Source of the DNA: Candidatus Parcubacteria bacterium
GTDB taxonomy: Bacteria > Patescibacteriota > Minisyncoccia > JAHIHE01 > JAGLIN01
Length of the DNA stretch: 44,180 nucleotides
Assembly: GCA_023140775.1 (NCBI GenBank)
Contig: JAGLLA010000011.1
Location: 1-44,180, forward strand
Direction of reading: 5' to 3'
The notes beneath the pieces are model-generated. The model saw only the letters and a list, made by a program, of their open reading frames with translations. It was not told the origin of the DNA and searched no databases. Of the stretch, positions 9,880 to 18,324 are shown piece by piece. The first letter of the stretch is position 1. Every line of letters starts with the position of its first letter. Position numbers and translations under genes: made by a program.

Positions 9880-10278
9880 ATGACTCAAAAAATACTACTA
9901 GTAGAAGATGACAAAGAAATTAGAGAAATTTACCAATTAAAATTTAAGCTTAGCGGATATGATATTGATGTGGCAGAGGATGGCGCAAAAGCAATGAAAA
10001 TGATAAAAGAAATAAAACCAGACTTGGTTTTACTCGATATTCTTCTGCCGTATAAAGATGGTTTTGAGATTTTAAGGGAGGTAAAAAATATGGACGATGT
10101 CGAAATGAAATCTATAGAATTTGTTATGTTATCGAATCTGTCAAATGACGATGATATTCAAGAAGCCAAAAAATTAGGTGCTATTGACTATATTGTAAAG
10201 GCAAAAAATAATCCAAGAGAGATCGTGGAAAAAGTAGAGATTATTTTAAAAAATATAGTAGATAAGCATTCATTATGA
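9880..10278 (+). CDS. Single-domain response regulator (receiver only; start revised to ATG 9880)
   Basis: ILLVEDD, PDLVLLDILLP..DGF, LSN, GAIDYIVK. Confidence 0.9.
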   Translation: MTQKILLVEDDKEIREIYQLKFKLSGYDIDVAEDGAKAMKMIKEIKPDLVLLDILLPYKDGFEILREVKNMDDVEMKSIEFVMLSNLSNDDDIQEAKKLGAIDYIVKAKNNPREIVEKVEIILKNIVDKHSL

Positions 10279-11219
10279 TTGAAATACGAAAGGACTATGT
10301 TTTAGATAGATGGAGCTATATCGCTGATGATCGAGGAAAGAGACCAGAGCAATTTAAAAAAGTTAAGGAGTCTAAGAGCGATTCTATTTGTTATTTTTGT
10401 CCTGGAAACGAAAGTTTAACTCCTCCAGAAATTGGAAGATTAAAAAAAGGAAAAAACGATTGGAAGATCAGATGGTTTTTGAATAAGTTTCCTATAGTCA
10501 ACGAAGATTCAAATCAAGAAATAAAGAACACGGGGCACTTTTTTGAATCAAGGGGAGGCTTTGGTTTTCATGAGATCATAGTTGAGACTCCTGACCACAG
10601 AAAGCAACTTGCAGACTTAAGCATTGCTGAGCTGAAAAGCATTTTAAAAACGTATTCATTGAGAATTGCCAAACTTAGTGAAGAAAAAAGAATTAGGTAT
10701 GTACAAATTTTTAAAAATAGTGGATCTGAAGCTGGAGCATCTCTCGTTCATTCTCATAGTTAAATTGTGGCCATGGACATTGTGCCTCAAGCAATACAGG
10801 CAAAAGTGGAGGCTGTTAAAAAATATAAAAAATGTCCTTATTGTGATATAATCAAACCAGAGGAAGACAGCGAGCGATTTGTATATGCAAACGAAGATTT
10901 TATAGTGCTTTGTCCTTTTGCTCCAAGATTCAATTATGAAATATTAATTTTGCCTCGCAGACATTATTTGAACATATCCGAGTTAGATGATGTAGAAATG
11001 GAGAATTTAGCAAAATCATTTCAAAAAGTTCTTTCAAAACTTGGCGCAATGAACATACCCTATAATTTTTATCTACATTATTCTCCCCAGGGCGAAAATT
11101 TGCATTTTCATATTGAAATTGTACCGAGAATAAATAACTGGGCTGGATTTGAATTGGCAACTGATTTCAATGTCATCACGGCTGCGCCCGAGGAAGCAGC
11201 TAGATTTTATAAAGAATAA
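10275..11219 (+). pseudogene. galT: Galactose-1-phosphate uridylyltransferase (GalT)-like gene with one in-frame TAA at 10761-10763
   Basis: RGKRP, CYFCPGNE, NKFP, HEIIVETP.H, GASLVHSHS*IVA, CPYC, HFHIEIVPR; both ORF halves lie in one frame. Confidence 0.85.
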
Positions 11220-11282
11220 GGATAAATCCTATCGGATTAGTGATAAGTATTTTTTGGTAATTTTAATAAAGGAATAAGATCG

Positions 11283-13118
11283 ATGAAAGTAATAAATAAG
11301 TATAAAAAAATAAAGATAGTTAAAAAGGCCGAAGCTTGTACTGGCTTGATGCTGGGCAATGATCTGGGTAATTATTTTTATTTAACAAATGGTAATGAAT
11401 CTCGTTATCAGGGGTTTTTTTATGCAAATGGTCGTAATTATAAAGATGAACTGGAAATTTACAAGATTATTGATGGAATAAATATTGTCGATAGTGGTAA
11501 GATCGATGAAATAGAAAATAATTTTTATGAAGTTAGTAGAAGATATAAAAATGGTATTTCAGAGAAATATTTTTTGCCCAATGGATTTAACTCACTTTGT
11601 GTGCAAATGAATAGGAAGGTTGTAGCTCAACTTGTTCTTGATATGAGGGCTCCATATGATTCGAGGGAATTCGGAAGGTTCTATGATATAAAGTTTACGA
11701 AGCAATGCATCTTAATCAAATTTACTAAACGTAGAAATGAGATCGAGGACTCAGTTTGTGAAGACAAAAAGGAGTTTTCTTTATATCTTGCAATAAAAAC
11801 AGATCGTAATGATTTTGTTAAAATTGAAAAATTTGTTTCAAAATATTATCAAAAAGATTATAATCGAAATTCATTCCCTTGTGGTCGATTTGTTTATGAA
11901 TCGATAAATCTTGAATTTAAAAAAGCAGTTTTTTCAGTTGCTAAAACTCCTCAAAAGGCGATCGATGAGGCGACTGAAGTTTTCAAAAACTTTAGAACAC
12001 TTAATGACAAAGGAAAGAATTTATATAAAAAATTAAAAATTAGGAAAATTACTGATGATGAAATCAAAATGGCTTGTTTGTGCGCGCAAAACTCTGTATA
12101 TACAATGATGGTTGAAAATTACAATAAAAAAGGAGTTTATGCTGGACTACCTTGGTTTTTTCAGTTTTGGCATAGAGATGAAGCGATTTCTCTTTTGCAA
12201 ATATATAATTTAAATGAAAATTTAGCCAAAGAAATAATTTTAGCTCAAATTAAATTTATAAACGAAGATGGACAAATTGCAAGAAAAAGATTTTACAAAA
12301 TGGATGGTGATGAACTGGCCAGTGTTGATGCTTTGGGATGGCTAGCTAATAGAACAATTAAATTAGATGAAAAACATATTTTTTCGGAAGATTTTAAGTT
12401 GGATGTTGTGTCTAAATTAGAAAAAGCAGTTGTCAGATCAATTCAGAAGAAAACTAATGGTGAGGGATTGGCAATGAGCCAAAAAAATGAAACTTGGATG
12501 GATAGTTTAGCGAGAGATGGAGAGAGAATCGAGATTCAAGCTTGTCGGTTAAATATATATAAACTTTTATATAATTTTACAAATAATGATCAATACGAAA
12601 TTTTGGAAAAAGAATTGAAATCAAAGGTTCTTGAAAAATTTTATACTAATGGAATTTTGCGTGATGGAATTAGTGATGAGACAATAAGATCAAATATTTT
12701 TATTGTGGCTTATTTATATCCTGAGCTTCTCGACGATGAAAAATGGGAAGATTGTTTTGATAAAATATTACCAAAGCTATATCTTGATTGGGGTGGTATA
12801 GCATCGCTTGATGTGACAGATAGTAATTTTATTTCAGAAGATACAGGAGAAAATAGTTTGAGTTATCATAGCGGTAATAGTTGGTATTGGATTAATAATT
12901 TAACGGCTCTTGTTTTGTATAGGATAAATCCTCATAAGTACTCTGATTACATAAATAAGATAATGGAAGCAAGTACGAATGAAATTTTATATAAAGGAAT
13001 TGCAGGGCATCATAGTGAAGTTAGTTCGGCTGAAAAACAAACGTCTTCTGGTTGTGAAGCTCAACTTTGGAGTAGCGCAATGTATCTTGAAGTGTTCGAT
13101 GAAATATTAGGAGATTAG
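11283..13118 (+). CDS. Amylo-alpha-1,6-glucosidase / glycogen debranching enzyme (GH133-like)
   Basis: AGLPWFFQFW.RDE, TWMD...R.G..IEIQ, YHSGNSW, SE...Q.WS. Confidence 0.85.
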   Translation: MKVINKYKKIKIVKKAEACTGLMLGNDLGNYFYLTNGNESRYQGFFYANGRNYKDELEIYKIIDGINIVDSGKIDEIENNFYEVSRRYKNGISEKYFLPNGFNSLCVQMNRKVVAQLVLDMRAPYDSREFGRFYDIKFTKQCILIKFTKRRNEIEDSVCEDKKEFSLYLAIKTDRNDFVKIEKFVSKYYQKDYNRNSFPCGRFVYESINLEFKKAVFSVAKTPQKAIDEATEVFKNFRTLNDKGKNLYKKLKIRKITDDEIKMACLCAQNSVYTMMVENYNKKGVYAGLPWFFQFWHRDEAISLLQIYNLNENLAKEIILAQIKFINEDGQIARKRFYKMDGDELASVDALGWLANRTIKLDEKHIFSEDFKLDVVSKLEKAVVRSIQKKTNGEGLAMSQKNETWMDSLARDGERIEIQACRLNIYKLLYNFTNNDQYEILEKELKSKVLEKFYTNGILRDGISDETIRSNIFIVAYLYPELLDDEKWEDCFDKILPKLYLDWGGIASLDVTDSNFISEDTGENSLSYHSGNSWYWINNLTALVLYRINPHKYSDYINKIMEASTNEILYKGIAGHHSEVSSAEKQTSSGCEAQLWSSAMYLEVFDEILGD

Positions 13119-13165
13119 AGTAGATTTTTTTGATAATAGGTATTTATTTTTAATTTTAAAATTAC

Positions 13166-14353
13166 ATGGTGATGGCAAAGAAGAAAAAACATAAATATAA
13201 AGCTCTTTCTGGTGGGCAGGCGGTGGCAGTAGCTATGAAGCAAATTAATCCTGATTTAGTTGCGGCATACCCAATTACTCCGCAAACTCCAATTATCGAA
13301 ACTTTTGCGCAGTTTGTAGCAGATGGTGAAGTTGATACTGAGCTAATCGATGTGGAGTCAGAACACAGTGCTCTTAGTGCGGTGGTTGGAGCATCGGCGG
13401 CTGGAGGTAGGGCAATGACTGCAACATCTTCGCAGGGCCTAGCCTTGATGGCTGAAATTGTTTATATCGCTTCTGGCTCCAGGCTTCCAATCGTAATGGC
13501 TATCTCAAACAGAGCATTGTCTGCTCCAATTAATATTCATTGTGATCATTCAGATTCGATGTTTTTGCGAGATGCTGGTTGGATCCAAATGTACAGTGAA
13601 GATGCGCAAGAAGCCTACGATAATATGCTGATAGCTCTTCGAGTTGCAGAAAATAGAAAAGTTTTAACGCCGGCAATGGTAATGCAAGATGGTTTTATTA
13701 CATCTCATAATGTTCAAAATGTTAAAATTTTAGATGATAAAGTTGTGAAAAAGTTTGTTGGAAAATACGAAAGCGAATTTCCACTTCTTCATATGAAAAA
13801 ACCAGTCACAGTTGGACCTCTTGATCTGTTTGATTATTTTTTTGAACATAAATATCAACAGGCAGAGGCAATGGAAAATAGCAGAAAAATAATAAAAAAA
13901 GTTGATCAAGAGTTTTATAAGCTCACCAAAAGAAAATACGATTTTGTTGAAAATTACAAGACTAACGATGCCGAACATATTATTGTGGCACTAAGTTCAA
14001 CATGCGGAACGATAAAAATGGTTGTAGATGATCTAAGGAAAAAAGGAAAAAAGGTGGGACTATTGAAGATTAGAGTTATGAGACCATTTCCTAATGATGA
14101 AATTTTCAAATCTCTTGGGAAAGCAAAGTCTGTAGCAGTTCTTGATAGATCAATGTCCTTCGGAAACTTTAGTCCAGTTTTTACGGAGGTAAAATCTGCA
14201 TTATATAATTTAAAAAGCAAACCAGAACTTTATAATTATGTGTATGGCATTGGTGGTAGAAATATAGGAATGAGCGATATTGAAAAAGTGTTTAAGAGCT
14301 TGATTAAAAAATCTTCGTCAAATAGTATAAACTACATAGGTCTGAGAAAATAA
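13166..14353 (+). CDS. porA: Pyruvate/2-oxoacid:ferredoxin oxidoreductase alpha subunit
   Basis: AAYPITPQT, ESEHSA, TATSSQGL, NRALSAPINIHCDHSD, GIGGR. Confidence 0.92.
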   Translation: MVMAKKKKHKYKALSGGQAVAVAMKQINPDLVAAYPITPQTPIIETFAQFVADGEVDTELIDVESEHSALSAVVGASAAGGRAMTATSSQGLALMAEIVYIASGSRLPIVMAISNRALSAPINIHCDHSDSMFLRDAGWIQMYSEDAQEAYDNMLIALRVAENRKVLTPAMVMQDGFITSHNVQNVKILDDKVVKKFVGKYESEFPLLHMKKPVTVGPLDLFDYFFEHKYQQAEAMENSRKIIKKVDQEFYKLTKRKYDFVENYKTNDAEHIIVALSSTCGTIKMVVDDLRKKGKKVGLLKIRVMRPFPNDEIFKSLGKAKSVAVLDRSMSFGNFSPVFTEVKSALYNLKSKPELYNYVYGIGGRNIGMSDIEKVFKSLIKKSSSNSINYIGLRK

Positions 14354-14369
14354 TAATTAATCTTATTCT

Positions 14370-15326
14370 ATGAATAAAGAAATAACTGACATTTTTGATC
14401 AAATTAGAACTTTTAAGATTCAAGGAGCAACTATCATAGCAAAGAATATCATAGATTCTTTAACGGGACATATAGATGATATTGCAGAAGCGTCAAAGGA
14501 TAGAGATGAATTTATTGCACGCATTAAGAATATTGCCAGGAAGCTTGCTGTGGTTCAGCCCATTGAATCAATGGCGCAGAATATAATTGGTTTTATCATA
14601 TTTGAACTTCAGGATCCTAGTATTAATGACATTGAGGACTGCAAGAAAACGATGAGAAAGTCAACGTTTTCTCTAAATAGAACTATTGCAGAAAATGAAA
14701 AGAAATTTATAGAAAATGGAACTGATCTAGTTAGATCAATTACAAAAAAAACAAGACCACTTAATATTTTTACGCATTGTTATTCTTCGGGAGTAAGAAA
14801 TATATTAGAAAAAATTAATAATAGAAATATTGATATAAAGGTGTTTAATATTGAAACGAGACCTGTTTTTCAGGGAAGAATGACCGCAAAGAAAATGTCC
14901 GATATTGGTATAAATGTGACCATGTGTCTTGATAGTGCTACTCCATTTCTGATAAGCAAGAAGAGTGGAAGTAATATCGACGTAATTTTAATTGGCGCCG
15001 ATTCGGTTTCTTTGAGTGGATCGGTTGTGAATAAAAGTGGTGGATATGGAATGGCTTTGTCAGCTTTTAGTGAACAAATTCCAGTATACATCGTCGCTAG
15101 TCTTTTGAAAATTAAGAAAGGAACCACCAGCTTTGTAGACATCCCAGTTGAAACAAAACCCTTCAGAGAGATTTGGCCAGAGGCGCCGATTGGAGTTGAT
15201 ATTATGAATTTGGCTTTTGATGTTATTCCTCCCGAATTTATAACTGGATTTATTACGGAATTTGGCATATTAAAGCCCGAAGAAATCAAAGATACAGTAA
15301 TTGAGCATTATCCAAGATTGATCTAA
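14370..15326 (+). CDS. eIF-2B alpha/beta/delta family, ribose-1,5-bisphosphate isomerase-like
   Basis: IQGA, THCYSS, ETRPVFQG, IGADS, NK.G, N.AFDV.P, ITEFG. Confidence 0.8.
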   Translation: MNKEITDIFDQIRTFKIQGATIIAKNIIDSLTGHIDDIAEASKDRDEFIARIKNIARKLAVVQPIESMAQNIIGFIIFELQDPSINDIEDCKKTMRKSTFSLNRTIAENEKKFIENGTDLVRSITKKTRPLNIFTHCYSSGVRNILEKINNRNIDIKVFNIETRPVFQGRMTAKKMSDIGINVTMCLDSATPFLISKKSGSNIDVILIGADSVSLSGSVVNKSGGYGMALSAFSEQIPVYIVASLLKIKKGTTSFVDIPVETKPFREIWPEAPIGVDIMNLAFDVIPPEFITGFITEFGILKPEEIKDTVIEHYPRLI

Positions 15327-15410
15327 AAAAAGTGGGGTAGTGTTTTTTATTTCTGTGTACAGTATTAGAACATTATTTCTAAAAATAATTTTTATAAATA
15401 AAATATAAAT

Positions 15411-16106
15411 ATGGCAAAGATGAAAAATGGGAATCTTTATGTTCTCTCGTTGGGTGGGTCGTTGATCGTTCCTGACGAAATCGATTATAAATTTGTAAAG
15501 AAATTCAAAGGTTTGATTGAAAAAAAAGTAGCAAAAGGTAATAAATTTATTATTGTATGTGGTGGCGGAGGGTTGAACAGGAAATATAATGAAGCGGCAA
15601 AAAAAGTGAGAAAATTGAGTAATGACGAACTGGACTGGGTTGGAATTTATGCCACCAGATATAATGCTCAATTTATCAAAATATTATTTGGTGATTTAGC
15701 ACATTCTGAAATAAATATAAATCCTCATAAAAAAACGCTAACAAAAAAGCCAATTATAATTGGGGCGGCATATATACCGGGATGGTCAACTGATTATGAT
15801 GCGGTATATTTGGCAAAAACTTATGGTGCTAAAAAAGTGGCAAATTTGTCTAATATTGATTTTGCATATGACAAAGACCCAAAAAAATATAAAAGTGCTG
15901 TGCCTATCAAGAACATAGATTGGAAAGGTTTTCGAAAAATAGTTGGTGATAAGTGGGAGCCAAGAATGAACAAGCCTTTTGATCCAATTGCTTCTCGTGA
16001 GGCAGAAAAATTAGGACTAGAAGTTGCAATTTTAAATGGCAAGAAATTGAAAAATTTTGAGAATTATCTAGATGGGAAGAAATTCGTAGGTACAATAATA
16101 AAATAA
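15411..16106 (+). CDS. pyrH: UMP kinase, archaeal-type
   Basis: SLGGSL, CGGG, D..GI.ATR.NA, PGWSTDYDA, SNID..YDKDP, PFDP. Confidence 0.88.
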   Translation: MAKMKNGNLYVLSLGGSLIVPDEIDYKFVKKFKGLIEKKVAKGNKFIIVCGGGGLNRKYNEAAKKVRKLSNDELDWVGIYATRYNAQFIKILFGDLAHSEININPHKKTLTKKPIIIGAAYIPGWSTDYDAVYLAKTYGAKKVANLSNIDFAYDKDPKKYKSAVPIKNIDWKGFRKIVGDKWEPRMNKPFDPIASREAEKLGLEVAILNGKKLKNFENYLDGKKFVGTIIK

Positions 16107-16118
16107 GCTAAGAATTTT

Positions 16119-16982
16119 ATGCTTTGGATGATTTTTGCTTTTTTAACAGCAATATCTAATTCTTTTAAAGGAGTTTATGGTAAAAAGAGTAGTAAAACTG
16201 TTGATGTTTATGTAGTTTCTTGGTTTTTAAGATTTTTCGGAGTTGTTTTTTTGTTGCCATTTTTTTATTTTTTTGAAATTCCTACACTTGGAGATGATTA
16301 TTGGATGGCTTTGTTAATTGGGGGAAGTCTTAACGCAATTACAACTGTTCTTTTTATTAAAGCGCTAAAAATATCAGATATTTCGATTGTATCTCCAATA
16401 GCCACTTTTACTCCTTTGTTCTTACTTGTTACGTCTCCGTTAATTGTTAATGAATTTCCAACTACAATTGGTTTTATTGGGGTATTATTTATAATTTTAG
16501 GATCTTATTTTTTAAATATCAATGAAATAAAAAATGGTTATTTGGAACCTTTTAAAACTCTTTTGAAAGAAAAGGGTGCTTCATTAATGTTTATAGTGGC
16601 ATTTATTTGGAGTATAACTTCTAATATTGATAAAATTGGAGTTCAAAATTCATCTTCTGTTTTTTGGGTTTTTTCGGTAAATTTGTTTGTGGCAATCTTA
16701 ATATTTCCAATATTTTTGCTAAAAGTTTCTAATCAAAAAGCAAACATTTTAAAAAATATAAACAACTTAATAATTCTTGGTTTATTAACAATGCTAACAT
16801 TAATATTTCAGATGATTGCGATTACCTTAACATTAGTTATCTATGTTATTGCAATTAAAAGAACTAGTGCGATATTTAGTGTTTTTTGGGGGTATTATTT
16901 CTTTAAAGAGAAAAATTTTAAAAATAGATTGTTTGGGTCTTTAATCATGGTTTTAGGAGTTATCTTTATTATATTATCATAA
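16119..16982 (+). CDS. EamA/DMT family transporter
   Basis: About 10 TM helices in two repeats; FKEK...G...GV C-terminus. Confidence 0.88.
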   Translation: MLWMIFAFLTAISNSFKGVYGKKSSKTVDVYVVSWFLRFFGVVFLLPFFYFFEIPTLGDDYWMALLIGGSLNAITTVLFIKALKISDISIVSPIATFTPLFLLVTSPLIVNEFPTTIGFIGVLFIILGSYFLNINEIKNGYLEPFKTLLKEKGASLMFIVAFIWSITSNIDKIGVQNSSSVFWVFSVNLFVAILIFPIFLLKVSNQKANILKNINNLIILGLLTMLTLIFQMIAITLTLVIYVIAIKRTSAIFSVFWGYYFFKEKNFKNRLFGSLIMVLGVIFIILS

Positions 16983-17053
16983 TGTTTAATAAAAAATAAA
17001 CCTATTATTAGATAATAAATTATATTAAATATCTATAATAGGTTTTTCATATT

Positions 17054-17926
17054 TTATATTTCACATCCACAAGAAAAAAGATTATCCATTATTTTTTCAA
17101 ATTGAATGTTGGGGAAAATTTCATTAGCCCATGCTTCCATTACTGCATATTGTCTTGCAACTTTTTCGAGATGACGCCTTTCTCGCTCCCCTCCGAAATC
17201 AACGTTCCACTTTAATGGTTTTTTTCTACCAATTACGCCCCAGTTAAAAGGGTCGTTATCGTTAGAAAGGAGTTTTAGCATGGCATGAAAATCTTCCATG
17301 CCAGCAAGAGGAACTTCTCCAAATTCTTTTGTTAATACCTTTTTTCCGACACCATTGCAGGATTCGCTAAATCCCTTAACGGATAATAAAGTTTTTAAGT
17401 TCCATAATGCTACGGTATTTTGTGGAACTTTCCATTGAGGTCTTTCCCAATGACGTTCTCTTAACACTCCGACAACCGCTAAGTTTTTTTCTTTTGCATA
17501 TTCAAGCGCTGTTTCTACATAATCACCGTCAAGATCAATTTCAGGTGACCAAATTAGCACCCACTTTGCATTATTATTATTTGCGATTTCAAGACCAGTA
17601 TTTAGCGCCGTGGCACTTCCAGGATTGTCTCCCCATTTTTTACATAAGTGAACAACTATTTTACCACTTGTTATTTCATTAGGAAATGATTTTTCAAACG
17701 CTATCTGTGTCGGCGTTTTTCCGTTTGAATCAATAATTTCAGCAAGCGGATTACCTATTTCTGTGTTGACGAGTATAATCAAATCGCCAATCACCGTTTT
17801 TGTAGTCTGAAATAGTCTTCTTATTGGATTTTGAACCTTTTTTTCGAATAAATATTCGTCGAAGAGTTTTCCATTTTCTCCAGTTCCAGCTTGAAAGGAA
17901 CGAACTATACATGTAACAACTTTCAA
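17054..17926 (-). CDS. Hypothetical protein, possibly divergent GT-A (GT2-like) fold (start revised to TTG 17926)
   Basis: AAGGTGA RBS before TTG; ALNTGL...WVLIWSPE and GMEDF resemble GT2 motifs without DxD. Confidence 0.6.
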   Translation of the reverse strand: MKVVTCIVRSFQAGTGENGKLFDEYLFEKKVQNPIRRLFQTTKTVIGDLIILVNTEIGNPLAEIIDSNGKTPTQIAFEKSFPNEITSGKIVVHLCKKWGDNPGSATALNTGLEIANNNNAKWVLIWSPEIDLDGDYVETALEYAKEKNLAVVGVLRERHWERPQWKVPQNTVALWNLKTLLSVKGFSESCNGVGKKVLTKEFGEVPLAGMEDFHAMLKLLSNDNDPFNWGVIGRKKPLKWNVDFGGERERRHLEKVARQYAVMEAWANEIFPNIQFEKIMDNLFSCGCEI

Positions 17927-17973
17927 AATTATCACCTTCTTATATATTTTGTATATCACTTATGCAATCTTAA

Positions 17974-18002
17974 AATATATCATTGTTTAATAAATATGTC
18001 AA
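17974..18002 (-). promoter_or_regulatory. sigma70 promoter for 17054..17926
   Basis: Minus strand TTGACA-N17-TATATT, preceded by TGA (extended -10). Confidence 0.75.
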
Positions 18003-18076
18003 TAGCTTGTATAAGTTCACATACACTCTGAACCCTCATAAAGAAGAATCAGATATATGCAAAAAGGATATAAGAA

Positions 18077-18125
18077 ATTGGCAAAAAGGTAGATTTATTG
18101 TAAACTAATATTATATGAAACAAAT
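18077..18125 (+). repeat. Direct repeat copy 1: promoter plus tsaC-like start
   Basis: 43/49 identical to 22397-22445; contains TTGGCA-N17-TAAACT and ATGAAA. Confidence 0.8.
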
Positions 18126-18324
18126 TAAAAACTGGATTGATTCGGATAGATCCTTTTGATTGTCAGTTAAAATTAATGAGAATATATATTCTCATTGCAT
18201 TTTACTGAAAATCTAATATTTCAAAAGAATGTTTTTGCACCTCTTATGTTAATGTGTTAATATGATATTAATTTATCTTGTATTAATAAAACAATTTGCA
18301 ATATAAGATCAAAAGCGCTTTGTT

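Noticed and set aside
10761-10763. Alternative genetic code (TAA=Gln, or TGA=Gly code 25)
   Set aside because: TAA ends most genes, TGA ends dgkA and the receiver gene, and long conserved genes are intact under code 11
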